This document shows, piece by piece, positions 1 through 8,702 of a stretch of 64,000 bases of DNA. The stretch is from Clostridia bacterium (lineage in GTDB: Bacteria; Bacillota; Clostridia; Oscillospirales; Acutalibacteraceae). The DNA lies in assembly GCA_017935325.1 (NCBI GenBank), contig JAGBHV010000015.1, forward strand, positions 12,191 to 76,190. The letters are read 5' to 3'. The position numbers and the translations under genes were made by a program. A model generated the notes under the pieces. That model did no database searches, had not been told where the DNA came from, and was given only the letters and a program-made list of their open reading frames with translations. The stretch's first letter is position 1. Each line of letters begins with the position of its first letter.

Positions 1-6
1 AACATC

Positions 7-35
7 TTGAAAATTTATTTTATATAGTATATAAT
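7..35 (+). promoter_or_regulatory. sigma-A-type promoter of ackA
   Basis: TTGAAA (7-12), exactly 17 nt spacer, TATAAT (30-35); GGAGG at 76-80 lies 7 nt before the ATG at 88. Confidence 0.7.
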
Positions 36-87
36 ATTACAGTAATTTGCATTTTTCAAGTTAAAAGTTAATTTTGGAGGTAAGAAA

Positions 88-1293
88 ATGAAAGTTCTTG
101 TTATCAATGCAGGTAGTTCATCTCTCAAATATCAGCTTATTGATATGGAAACAGAGCAGATGATTGCAAAAGGTATTTGTGAAAAAGTTGGTTTTGCAGG
201 TCAGATTGACGGTAAAACTGCAGATGGCAGAAAGTTCTTCTACGAAGTTCCTCTTAAGAACCACACAGAAGCTTTTGTTGAAGTTAAAAAAGTTCTCACC
301 GAAGGTGATTGCAAAGTTATTGACGATCTTTCAGAAATCGCAGCAGTCGGTCACCGCGTAGTTCAGGGTGGTGCACTCTTCCAGAAGAGCGTGCTTATTG
401 ACGAAAAAGTTATCGAAGGTATTGAAAGCCTTTGCGACCTTGCTCCTCTTCACAACCCTGCACACATTCAGGGTATCAGAGCTTGCTTTGAAGTTTTCGG
501 ACCTGATGTTCCTGAAATCGCAGTATTTGACAATGCATTCCACAGCACAATGCCTGAAGAAGCATACACCTTCCCCATTCCTTATGAATATACAGAAAAG
601 TATCAGATCCGTCGTTACGGATTCCACGGCACATCACACCGCTTTGTAAGTGCGCGTTGTGCAGAGGTTATGGGCAATGATATTAAAGATCTTAAAATCG
701 TTACATGTCACCTCGGTAACGGTTCATCAATCACAGCTGTTAAAGGCGGCAAAGTTATTGATACAAGTATGGGTCTTACTCCCCTTGACGGTTTTGAAAT
801 GGGCACACGTTGCGGCGCTGTTGATCCCTCTGCTATCCTCTTCCTTATGGAAAAAGAAGGCTGGGATGCTAAAACAACAAGCGATGTTCTTAATAAAAAA
901 TCAGGTTATCTTGGTGTTTCAGGCGTTTCAAGTGACGACCGTGACCTTCTTAAAGCTATTGATGAAGGTAACGAGAGAGCAGCTCTTGCAAGAAAAATTC
1001 TCAAATATCAGGTTCGTAAAGTTATCGGTAGCTATGTTGCAGCAATGGACGGCGTAGATGCTATCGTATTCACAGGCGGTATCGGCGAAAACACAACAGA
1101 CCTTCGTGAAGACGTTTGCTCAAATCTTACATACCTTGGTGTTAAGATTGATAAAGAAATCAACGATTCACTCATCAGAGGTAAAGAAGGCGAAATCAGC
1201 ACAGCTGATTCAGCAGTTAAAGTTTTCGTTCTTCCCACAAACGAAGAACTTGCAATTGCACGTGATACAAAAGAAATTGCAGAAAACCTTTAA
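88..1293 (+). CDS. ackA: acetate kinase
   Basis: 401-aa ORF; N-terminal MKVLVINAGSSSLKYQL acetate/propionate kinase signature; good SD. Confidence 0.96.
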   Translation: MKVLVINAGSSSLKYQLIDMETEQMIAKGICEKVGFAGQIDGKTADGRKFFYEVPLKNHTEAFVEVKKVLTEGDCKVIDDLSEIAAVGHRVVQGGALFQKSVLIDEKVIEGIESLCDLAPLHNPAHIQGIRACFEVFGPDVPEIAVFDNAFHSTMPEEAYTFPIPYEYTEKYQIRRYGFHGTSHRFVSARCAEVMGNDIKDLKIVTCHLGNGSSITAVKGGKVIDTSMGLTPLDGFEMGTRCGAVDPSAILFLMEKEGWDAKTTSDVLNKKSGYLGVSGVSSDDRDLLKAIDEGNERAALARKILKYQVRKVIGSYVAAMDGVDAIVFTGGIGENTTDLREDVCSNLTYLGVKIDKEINDSLIRGKEGEISTADSAVKVFVLPTNEELAIARDTKEIAENL

Positions 1294-1316
1294 TTCTAAG
1301 CTTTACAACAAAATTT

Positions 1317-1346
1317 CAGCCAACCTTTGAAGGTTGGCTGTTTTTT
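1317..1346. terminator. bidirectional intrinsic terminator between ackA and the convergent amidase gene
   Basis: cagccaacct (1317-1326) / ttga / aggttggctg (1331-1340), then T6 (1341-1346); A/T runs on both sides. Confidence 0.8.
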
Positions 1347-1896
1347 ATCTGCCGATATACGATACACCAAGAAACTCTGCTACTGATTCAGCGATTGTAT
1401 TGCCTATTGTGTCAAGATTTTCTTTAATCCACATTTCATCGCTCGGATTATCATGATATGCTACTTCTACCAAAACTGCAGGAGCTTTTGTAAATTGTAA
1501 TTCGCCAAGTTCTTTGGTTGACCTGACATTCACAAGTCTCGGATTCGGATAAATCTCTTTCATGTTTCTTGCCAAAATATCGGCAAATTCTTTTGCTCTT
1601 ACACTACCCGGATAATAATATATATCAGGACCTTGTAGTTTTCCCGCAAATTCAAGAGGTGCAGCATTTGAATGAAGTGCAAGGTGTAAATCATAATTAC
1701 CTCTGTTGGATGCCATTATTGCTTCAGCCAAAGGTTCAACCGGGTTGTTTCTCACAACATTTATGCCGTTTCTTTCCAGGTCATTCTGAACCACATCGGC
1801 AAGCAGATTCATATAGTATTCTTCGTTTCCTCCTGAAAAATATTGATTGAATTCCTGCGTTGACGGACTTAAATATACAGTTGGCAATCTTATCAT
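1345..1896 (-). CDS. N-acetylmuramoyl-L-alanine amidase (Amidase_3 type), single-domain and leaderless
   Basis: 183-aa ORF; zinc-amidase-type motifs YDLHLALHSNAA and VLVEVAYHDN; no signal peptide or wall-binding domain; ATG lies 9 nt after the sigK stop. Confidence 0.8.
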   Translation of the reverse strand: MIRLPTVYLSPSTQEFNQYFSGGNEEYYMNLLADVVQNDLERNGINVVRNNPVEPLAEAIMASNRGNYDLHLALHSNAAPLEFAGKLQGPDIYYYPGSVRAKEFADILARNMKEIYPNPRLVNVRSTKELGELQFTKAPAVLVEVAYHDNPSDEMWIKENLDTIGNTIAESVAEFLGVSYIGR

Positions 1897-1905
1897 CTCC
1901 TGATA

Positions 1906-2601
1906 TCAATAATTTTCAATGTTGAATTTTTCTTTCAGGCTATCAATTCCTTTTTTCTCAAGACGAGAAACATATGAGCGCGAAATTTTCATTTTCTTTG
2001 CAATTTCCCTCTGTGTCAGAGGTTTTTCACCATCCAGACCATATCTCATTACAAGTATTTCATATTCTCGGCTGTTTTTCATATCTGAAAGGAATTTGTA
2101 TAGCTGTTCACATTTTATCTTTAAATCTATATCATCAACAAGGTTTTCTTCACTACAGATTACATCCATCAGCGTCAACGCATCACCATCGCTGTCAGAA
2201 TCAATAGGCTCTGACATAAAAACCTCCTGTGAAGTCTTTTTCGATGCTCGGAAATACATGAGTATTTCGTTTTCTATGCAACGGGCTGCATAAGTTGCAA
2301 GACGTGCACCTTTTTCACAATTAAATGAATTTATACCTTTAATCAACCCTATTGTTCCGATAGATATCAAATCTTCCTGGTCACAATAATTTGAATAATA
2401 TTTTTTAATTATATGTGCCACGAGCCGCAAATTATGTTCAATAAGTTTCTTTTTTGCATTTTCATCTCCGTTTTTCATCAATTCAAGATATTTTCTCTCA
2501 TCCTGCGATGATAACGGCGGCGGAAATGAACTTGTAACATTCAGATGCAGCGTTATAAAAAGAATGTGACCTAACAAAGAATTAAGTAGCTCTGCAAACA
2601 T
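1906..2601 (-). CDS. sigK: sporulation sigma factor pro-sigma-K
   Basis: 231-aa ORF. Colinear with B. subtilis SigK as I recall it: FPPPLS..ERKYLELM..LIEHNLRLVAHIIKKY, DLISIGTIGLIKGI, ATYAARCIENEILMYFR, SRSYVSRLEKK. Hydrophobic pro-sequence is present and the gene is uninterrupted. Confidence 0.9.
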   Translation of the reverse strand: MFAELLNSLLGHILFITLHLNVTSSFPPPLSSQDERKYLELMKNGDENAKKKLIEHNLRLVAHIIKKYYSNYCDQEDLISIGTIGLIKGINSFNCEKGARLATYAARCIENEILMYFRASKKTSQEVFMSEPIDSDSDGDALTLMDVICSEENLVDDIDLKIKCEQLYKFLSDMKNSREYEILVMRYGLDGEKPLTQREIAKKMKISRSYVSRLEKKGIDSLKEKFNIENY

Positions 2602-2705
2602 AAAATTACCTCACTTTCAGTTCAGAATATTATATTCGCACCTACTTTGTCTTTTGCAAGTCCTGATAAACATTTTAAAAATTAAACGAAACTTATGAAA
2701 AACTA

Positions 2706-2734
2706 TTGCTTTTTTACCACATATAATGTATACT
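2706..2734 (+). promoter_or_regulatory. candidate sigma-A promoter of tRNA-Val
   Basis: TTGCTT (2706-2711), 17 nt spacer, TATACT (2729-2734), about 18 nt upstream of the mature tRNA 5' end. Confidence 0.5.
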
Positions 2735-2751
2735 GATTGATAGTTATTTAT

Positions 2752-2827
2752 GGACATTTAGCTCAGCTGGTAGAGCATTCGCTTGACGTGCGAAGGGTCA
2801 GCGGTTCGAGTCCGTTAATGTCCACCA
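2752..2827 (+). tRNA. tRNA-Val (anticodon GAC), CCA encoded
   Basis: 76 nt folded by hand. Acceptor GGACATT/AATGTCC; D stem GCTC/GAGC; anticodon stem TTCGC/GCGAA with loop TTGACGT; T arm AGCGG-TTCGAGT-CCGTT; discriminator A plus CCA. Confidence 0.95.
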
Positions 2828-2831
2828 GGTT

Positions 2832-2863
2832 AATCCGCAATCAGTACAGATTGCGGATTTTTT
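2832..2863 (+). terminator. intrinsic terminator after tRNA-Val
   Basis: aatccgcaatc (2832-2842) / agtaca / gattgcggatt (2849-2859), followed by a T-run. Confidence 0.8.
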
Positions 2864-2884
2864 CAAATGAAAGGATTTGATAAC

Positions 2885-4837
2885 ATGAATAATTCAACAA
2901 ACAATTATCCTGCCGTTCCGCTTATTACTTGCGACCCTTATTTTAACGTATGGTCAATGACAGAAAAACTTAACGATGATTTTCCTCGTCATTGGACAGG
3001 TATGCAGAACCCTCTGACAGGTATTATTACTGTTGACGGCAAAGAAAAAATATTTATGGGTAAAAAAAGACATAACCCTTATTACCATAAATTTTTCGGC
3101 ACTCCCGAAAAAATTGAGCAAACAAATCTTGTTATAACACCGCTTAAAACTATTTACACTTTCAATGATAAAAAAATTGAACTTGAAATTACTTTTACAA
3201 CTCCCCTTTTGCCTGACGATTTAAAGCTTCTTTCCAGACCTGTTTCTTACATGACGTACCAAATTAAATCAGTTGATAATAAGAAACATGACGTTTCAGT
3301 TTATGTTGATGTATCAGGAATGCTTTGCACAGATACACCTGAAGAAAGAGTATTTTTCGGAAAAACTGAAAACTATGTATTCCTGTCAAGCGGAGAAGAC
3401 GATATGCTCAAAGAAAGCGGAGATGACAAACGTATAAGCTGGGGTAAGGTTTGCATTTCTACTCCTAAAGGCAGACTCGGATTTACAGATGACCACGAAA
3501 AATGTTCAGAAACAGAAGAATACAGAGAAATGCGTGTGATGGATAAATATCCGGCAATATTTGCAATAGACGAATACAAAGATATCGATACTGCAGACGG
3601 TTTTTTCTGCTTTGGTTATGATGATATTTTTTCACTTGAGTATTTCGGAAGAAATGTTAAAGGCTATTGGACAAAAGACAGAGAAGATTTTGACGATATT
3701 TTTGAGCTTGCAATGAATGATTTTTCAAAAATTATGAAAAGAATAGATGACTTCGATAATTCAATGCTGTCAGCTGCCGAAAAAATCAGTGCTGATTATG
3801 CAAAAGTTATTTCAATTGCTTACCGCCAGACAATAGCTGCTCATAAACTTGCATGGGATGGTAATGAAGGAATTTTTGTTTCAAAGGAATGTTATTCAAA
3901 CGGTTGTGCCGCAACTGTCGACGTTACATATCCTTCAATTCCGCTTTTTCTGATTTATAATCCTGACTTAGTTGAATATATGCTTAATCCTATTTTTAAA
4001 TTTACTGATTCAGGAAAATGGCCATATGAATTTGCACCTCATGATGCAGGACAGTATCCCCTTGTTAATGGACAGGTTTACGGAAATCAGGGAATAAAAA
4101 ACGGACCACTCAGACTTCAGAGTCAGATGCCTGTTGAGGAATGCGGAAATATGCTCATTTGCGTAGCTGCGCTTTGTAAAAAGAAAAACAGCACCGAATA
4201 TGCAGAAAAACATTTCGACATACTCAATCAATGGGCTGAATATCTTGCAGAATACGGATACAATCCTGAAAATCAGCTTTGTACAGACGACTTTGCAGGT
4301 CACCTTGCTCACAACTGTAACTTATCAGTGAAAGCAATTATGGGAATGGCTTCATGGGGAATGTTACTTGAAATGATGGGCAAAGAAAACAAATTTACTG
4401 ATATTGCAAAAAAATATGCTGCTCAATGGAAAAAAGACGCGTTTGACTGCGACCATTACAAACTCGCCTTTGACAAAGAAGATACATGGAGCACAAAATA
4501 CAACCTTGTATGGGATAAGCTTTTCAATCTCGGCATTTTCGATGATGATATTTTTGAGACAGAGGTAAATTATTATAAAACAAAAATCAATAAATACGGC
4601 TTACCGCTTGACTGCCGCAGTCTTTACACAAAAAGCGATTGGCAGATGTGGTCAACTGTACTTACAGATGACAAAGAATACAGAGATATGATAATTTCTG
4701 ATATGCTTCTGATGCTTAATGATACAGTTGATAAAGTACCTTTCACTGATTGGTATTATACACACGATGCACGTCAGGTTGGCTTCCAGAACAGAACAGT
4801 TCAGGGCGGTTTGTTTATAAATATGCTTACTTTCTAA
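2885..4837 (+). CDS. glutaminase-A-like / DUF4965-family protein, cytoplasmic
   Basis: The ORF track starts at 2867, but that ATG abuts the terminator T-tract. The ATG at 2885 has AAAGGA 9 nt upstream. N-terminal PAVPLITCDPYFNVWS resembles the start of bacterial glutaminase GtaA-like proteins. No signal peptide. The family call is from memory of the motif only. Confidence 0.65.
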   Translation: MNNSTNNYPAVPLITCDPYFNVWSMTEKLNDDFPRHWTGMQNPLTGIITVDGKEKIFMGKKRHNPYYHKFFGTPEKIEQTNLVITPLKTIYTFNDKKIELEITFTTPLLPDDLKLLSRPVSYMTYQIKSVDNKKHDVSVYVDVSGMLCTDTPEERVFFGKTENYVFLSSGEDDMLKESGDDKRISWGKVCISTPKGRLGFTDDHEKCSETEEYREMRVMDKYPAIFAIDEYKDIDTADGFFCFGYDDIFSLEYFGRNVKGYWTKDREDFDDIFELAMNDFSKIMKRIDDFDNSMLSAAEKISADYAKVISIAYRQTIAAHKLAWDGNEGIFVSKECYSNGCAATVDVTYPSIPLFLIYNPDLVEYMLNPIFKFTDSGKWPYEFAPHDAGQYPLVNGQVYGNQGIKNGPLRLQSQMPVEECGNMLICVAALCKKKNSTEYAEKHFDILNQWAEYLAEYGYNPENQLCTDDFAGHLAHNCNLSVKAIMGMASWGMLLEMMGKENKFTDIAKKYAAQWKKDAFDCDHYKLAFDKEDTWSTKYNLVWDKLFNLGIFDDDIFETEVNYYKTKINKYGLPLDCRSLYTKSDWQMWSTVLTDDKEYRDMIISDMLLMLNDTVDKVPFTDWYYTHDARQVGFQNRTVQGGLFINMLTF

Positions 4838-4878
4838 GACAAAAAACTCGCAAGCACAAGACTTGCGAGTTTTTTGTC
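4838..4878. terminator. bidirectional intrinsic terminator
   Basis: gacaaaaaactcgcaag / cacaaga / cttgcgagttttttgtc; perfect palindromic arms including the A/T tracts. Confidence 0.85.
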
Positions 4879-4920
4879 TATTGTCCGATTTAAAAATATC
4901 ATTTATATCTGTGAGTGTTA

Positions 4921-5877
4921 TTAAAAATCTATCTTATTAATAAAATTTCGGAGAACTTTCAGGTATTCATCATGGCAGACATAATAACTTTCTGCATGTG
5001 CAGCACCTTCAAATACATGAACTTCCTTCTGAATTGAAGCACAAGCATTATAAACTTCATGTACCATTTCAGTAGGCACAAAATCGTCATCTCCACCATG
5101 AATAAATAAAAAAGGAACCGATGCTTTCTTAACCTGGTTTACACTGCTGTTTTCTTTAAAATCATATTTATTAATCAGCTTATTTATAACATTCGCAACA
5201 TACAATACCGGAAAAGAATGAAGATGAAAATTCCTTTTCAGCACATGTTTAAATTGATCCCAAGCACAGCTGTACCCACAGTCAGACACAATAGCTTTTA
5301 CCTGCTTCGGTAAATCACTTTCGCCCGATGCGTTCATAACAGTTGCCGAACCCATCGAAATACCATGAAGTAATACAGAAGAATCTTCACCGAATTTATT
5401 AACAGCAAACTTTATCCAATCTATACAGTCACGTCTGTCAAGCCAGGCAAAACCTATAAACTTGCCTTCACTTTTCCCATGAGCTCTGTCATCAGGGACA
5501 AGCACATTAAATCCCATCTCATGATAATTTCTGATATATGAACTGTATTCATTAATCCCGCAGTTTTTATATCCGTGAATTGCAATGACAGTTTTTTTAG
5601 ATTTTTCCGGAGCATAAACTAAAATACCTTTCAGCCTCAGTCCGTCAAAAGATGTGATTTCAACTTCATCATAGCCCGTAGAAAAAAGCCATTGTTTTTC
5701 GGCTTTTAAAAAATCCATAAATGGATTCATATGTTCACTATAGTCGTCCATTGTCATAGGGTCAGGACCTTTTTTGGGGCGTTTAAGTGCAAAGCAAAAC
5801 ATACCTATACCGCCGCCTAAACATACTGCTATAAACAAAATAATAATAACAGCAAAAACAATTAACAAAGTATCCAT
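4921..5877 (-). CDS. membrane-anchored alpha/beta hydrolase
   Basis: 318 aa; N-terminal TM helix; HG oxyanion motif (AIHGY); nucleophile elbow GISMGS; C-terminal GAAHAES histidine. Confidence 0.8.
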   Translation of the reverse strand: MDTLLIVFAVIIILFIAVCLGGGIGMFCFALKRPKKGPDPMTMDDYSEHMNPFMDFLKAEKQWLFSTGYDEVEITSFDGLRLKGILVYAPEKSKKTVIAIHGYKNCGINEYSSYIRNYHEMGFNVLVPDDRAHGKSEGKFIGFAWLDRRDCIDWIKFAVNKFGEDSSVLLHGISMGSATVMNASGESDLPKQVKAIVSDCGYSCAWDQFKHVLKRNFHLHSFPVLYVANVINKLINKYDFKENSSVNQVKKASVPFLFIHGGDDDFVPTEMVHEVYNACASIQKEVHVFEGAAHAESYYVCHDEYLKVLRNFINKIDF

Positions 5878-5990
5878 TGTATCACCTCAACAACCATTAT
5901 ATAATTATTTTACAACAAACAAATATTAAAATCAACATCTTTCTCTTGAAATTATTATTCAGATATAGTATACTTTTTCAGGTGATTTAA

Positions 5991-6506
5991 ATGAAAGAAA
6001 TTGTCGGTCAGATTATCGGATTTATTGCTATGGCTATTATTGTTGTTTCATATCAACAGAAATCGCACAAAAACATACTGACCTTTCAAATGGTGTCAGG
6101 ACTGTTATTTACAATTCATTATCTGCTCTTAGGTGCGTATACAGGTGCTGTTATGAATCTACTTGGTGCCTTCAGATCACTTGTTTATTCAAGCAGAGGC
6201 AAAAAATGGGCATCAACAATACTCTGGCCAATCGTATTTTCAATAGCTTTCCTTATTTCCGGTATCCTTACATGGGACAACGCTTTTTCAGTTTTCCCAC
6301 TCATAGCAATGTTGATGTCATCTGTGGTACTCTGGATTGAACAACCCAGAATAAACAGAATTTTATCTCTTCCAACTTCAACGTGCTGGTTAATTTATAA
6401 CATCAAAACAGTATCAATACCGGGAATAATTACTGAAGTATTCGTTCTCAGCTCAATAGTTATAGGAATCATAAGGCTTGATATTAAAAAGAAAAATAAA
6501 AAATAG
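5991..6506 (+). CDS. YgjV-family inner membrane protein
   Basis: 171 aa, about 5 TM helices; size and the pattern SYQQKSHKNIL..HYLLLGAYTG fit the YgjV family. Confidence 0.55.
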   Translation: MKEIVGQIIGFIAMAIIVVSYQQKSHKNILTFQMVSGLLFTIHYLLLGAYTGAVMNLLGAFRSLVYSSRGKKWASTILWPIVFSIAFLISGILTWDNAFSVFPLIAMLMSSVVLWIEQPRINRILSLPTSTCWLIYNIKTVSIPGIITEVFVLSSIVIGIIRLDIKKKNKK

Positions 6507-6574
6507 ATAAATAAATTATTAATGCTCATATGAACACAATAGATGAGCTTGATTTTTTAACACTAAAAAATCAA

Positions 6575-6605
6575 GGGCAGCCGGTGCACCGACTGCCCTT
6601 TTTAA
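6575..6605. terminator. bidirectional intrinsic terminator
   Basis: gggcagccgg / tgca / ccgactgccc hairpin (one C-A mismatch) flanked by aaaaaatcaa and ttttt. Confidence 0.7.
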
Positions 6606-6646
6606 CCTTATGATTGGACGAGATCAAAGGTTTAAGTTAAAGTTGA

Positions 6647-8413
6647 TTAGAAGTTAATTGTAGCGAATGTACCGTTGCTTCTGTCAACAATTGTCCATGT
6701 TTTTGAAAGACCGATCTTATCTGTGATACTGTTTTCACAAAGTGAAATTCTGAATACACCATAGAACTGAGCTGTACCTGATACTGTGATTTCATCAGCA
6801 TTATCAAGGATAGCTACAGACTGAGCAAGAACATTAGCAGGAATGTCTGCTATTTCAGTCATTGTGAAGTCTGAATACGGAAGTGTAACTGTTGCATATA
6901 CATATACGCCGAGACCGCCCTGGAGACCTACGTCGATGAGAGAGATACCGAATGCGCAAAGAGCAACGTTAAGACCGATGAGAGCTTCAGCAGTACCCAT
7001 AGCATTGAATACCTTCGGAGCTGTTTCTGTTCTTTCATAGATGAATCTGCCGTTGTTGTCAATGATTTCATAACCAACACAGTTTTCTGTTGTGATGATG
7101 AGTTCTGCGTAACCGTAAACATTGAATATAACGCTTGCTTCCATCTTGATTGTGATAGAGGGAGCGTTCGGGATAGCAATGTGAGCTGTGAATACAGGGA
7201 AGCTTGCTGTGCCCTGTTCAAGTTTAAGGTTTTCGAAGTTCATCTTGATCTGATCAACAACTTCAAGGCTTGAAATATCATCTGTGATTCCGGAAACAAG
7301 TGATGCTGAATAAGAACCGCTAACTTTTGTTGTATCAACGCAATCATAGTTGAGTTTCAAGTAGCCTTCCTTAACGTTTGCTTTGCCGTTCTTGAAAGAA
7401 CCGTCAAATTTTGTAAGGAGTTCAAGATCTGAAACTGAATATGTTTTTGCAAGGTTGATGCCGTTACCTACGTCACCAGAAATGCCGATATCAAAACCGC
7501 CATCTTTGAATGCATAGCTAACATCTGCACCGCCAACTGAGAAGCTGCCTTCTGAAAGTGTATCAACAAGGAGATCTTTTACAGCGCCTTTAAGAGCTTC
7601 TTTATCTGAAAGAACGTTCTTAACTTCGTCGATTGTTTCTTTGATACCTTCGTTGTTTGCAACGCCTTCCTGAATAACTTCACCTTCGCCACTTACAACC
7701 TGAGCTGCTGCCATGTTGGGTGAGAAAGATGCTGCATAATCAAGAGATTCGATAGCGTCGTCGATATCAGCAGCTTTAGTCTCTACAACAACACCGTTAG
7801 CTGTTTCTTTAACAGAAACTGCTTCATAGATGCCGCCTTCAAGATTTCCACTTACCTGAGGAACAGTAAACACATCACCTTCTGCAAGTTCTGTACCTGC
7901 AGGAAGAATTACTGTGCTGCCGTTAACTGAATAATCAGCAGCTTCAACTTCAACAACATCGTCAACATAAGTGATCTGTGCAGGTTCATCAGGAACGTCT
8001 TTATTGTCAGCTAAATCTTTAAGAATACCAAGGATGCCATAGTATGCATCAGCTGCATCTTTAGCATCGCCGGCAAGCTGATCTTTAGCTGCAAGGTAGC
8101 CGTCAGCAATAGCCTTCTTTGTAAGTTCAGCATAGCTAACACCTAATGTTTCGCAAGCTTTCTTGAGTGTTCCGAAAACGAAAGCTGCGTCTGCTGCTTC
8201 GTCCATGTCGTTAACGTCTGTTTCGTTGATGATTCCATACTCTAAGCAAAGGTCAACAGCTGTTTTGTCTTCTGTTAATTCAAAACCAACAGTTGTAACC
8301 ATTGTGTCGAGCCATTCTCCCTTAGTCATTCCTGCTTCGTTACCTGTACCGATACCGAAGAAGCTGAGGATGAGCATAACAATAGAGAGAATCCATGAGA
8401 TGATTTTGTTCAT
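6647..8413 (-). CDS. secreted or membrane-anchored protein of unknown function
   Basis: The ORF track starts at 8440. The ATG at 8413 (MNKIISWILSIVMLILSFFG) has AGGAGG (8424-8429) 10 nt upstream. Signal/anchor helix, then an acidic helical region, then a long beta-rich C-terminal half. Codon choice resembles alaS, purL and ackA rather than its neighbours. Confidence 0.85.
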   Translation of the reverse strand: MNKIISWILSIVMLILSFFGIGTGNEAGMTKGEWLDTMVTTVGFELTEDKTAVDLCLEYGIINETDVNDMDEAADAAFVFGTLKKACETLGVSYAELTKKAIADGYLAAKDQLAGDAKDAADAYYGILGILKDLADNKDVPDEPAQITYVDDVVEVEAADYSVNGSTVILPAGTELAEGDVFTVPQVSGNLEGGIYEAVSVKETANGVVVETKAADIDDAIESLDYAASFSPNMAAAQVVSGEGEVIQEGVANNEGIKETIDEVKNVLSDKEALKGAVKDLLVDTLSEGSFSVGGADVSYAFKDGGFDIGISGDVGNGINLAKTYSVSDLELLTKFDGSFKNGKANVKEGYLKLNYDCVDTTKVSGSYSASLVSGITDDISSLEVVDQIKMNFENLKLEQGTASFPVFTAHIAIPNAPSITIKMEASVIFNVYGYAELIITTENCVGYEIIDNNGRFIYERTETAPKVFNAMGTAEALIGLNVALCAFGISLIDVGLQGGLGVYVYATVTLPYSDFTMTEIADIPANVLAQSVAILDNADEITVSGTAQFYGVFRISLCENSITDKIGLSKTWTIVDRSNGTFATINF

Positions 8414-8512
8414 AACTCTTTTTCCTCCTGGTTTCCGCACTTGCGGAATATTTTGGGATTAATGATTGGTGAAACGATGAATCGTCCACTACACCATTCC
8501 ATCATCACTAAA

Positions 8513-8541
8513 ATAATAGCACAATACTCTTATAAAATCAA
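8513..8541 (-). promoter_or_regulatory. candidate extended -10 promoter of the 6647-8413 gene
   Basis: Minus strand: TTGATT (8536-8541), 17 nt spacer, TGC-TATTAT (-10 at 8513-8518, TG at 8520-8521). An A/T-rich tract lies upstream at 8555-8640. Confidence 0.5.
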
Positions 8542-8644
8542 TACTTTTTGTCAATATTTTTCGGAAATTTTTACATATTTTTTCCTTAATTATTAAAAAA
8601 TAAGTTATATTAAACAACCTTAAAGAATCTGTATATTATTTATT

Positions 8645-8686
8645 TCAAAAGAAAATCCTCATCACTAATATTATATGATGAGGATA
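8645..8686 (-). terminator. intrinsic terminator ending the six-gene operon 14994-8703
   Basis: Minus strand: atcctcatca / 11-nt loop / tgatgaggat (8655-8685), followed by ttttcttttg. Confidence 0.75.
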
Positions 8687-8702
8687 TCATTCAGTGTCAT
8701 AT

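Noticed and set aside
164-1330. Multiple 60-135-aa ORFs overlapping ackA on both strands (164-361, 331-627, 368-649, 650-1057, 1032-1238, 1058-1330).
   Set aside because: They are shadow frames of a clearly real, motif-bearing gene. They have low-complexity K/L/S/T-rich translations, no SD sequences and no independent intergenic space. The same holds for the many antisense or off-frame ORFs inside alaS, purL, recN, dxs and other genes.
1906-2601. A skin-like intervening element or split sigK.
   Set aside because: The sigK frame is continuous from the pro-sequence to region 4.2. No recombinase gene or truncated sigK half is present.
2752-2866. An integrated mobile element or prophage attachment site at tRNA-Val.
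   Set aside because: No integrase, excisionase or phage genes lie nearby, and no duplicate of the tRNA 3' end was found by eye in the nearby intergenic regions. The idea is kept only as a low-interest island hypothesis.
6700-8300. An SLH-domain or S-layer assignment for the 588-aa orphan protein.
   Set aside because: Only one short segment (EWLDTMVTT..LEYGIINETD) vaguely resembles half of an SLH motif. There is no triplicated SLH module, so the function is left unknown.
8441-8702. The 262-nt intergenic region as a possible riboswitch or small RNA gene.
   Set aside because: It is fully accounted for by a terminator (8645-8686), an A/T-rich promoter-upstream tract, a promoter and a leader of about 90 nt. 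I recognise no conserved riboswitch core sequence in it.
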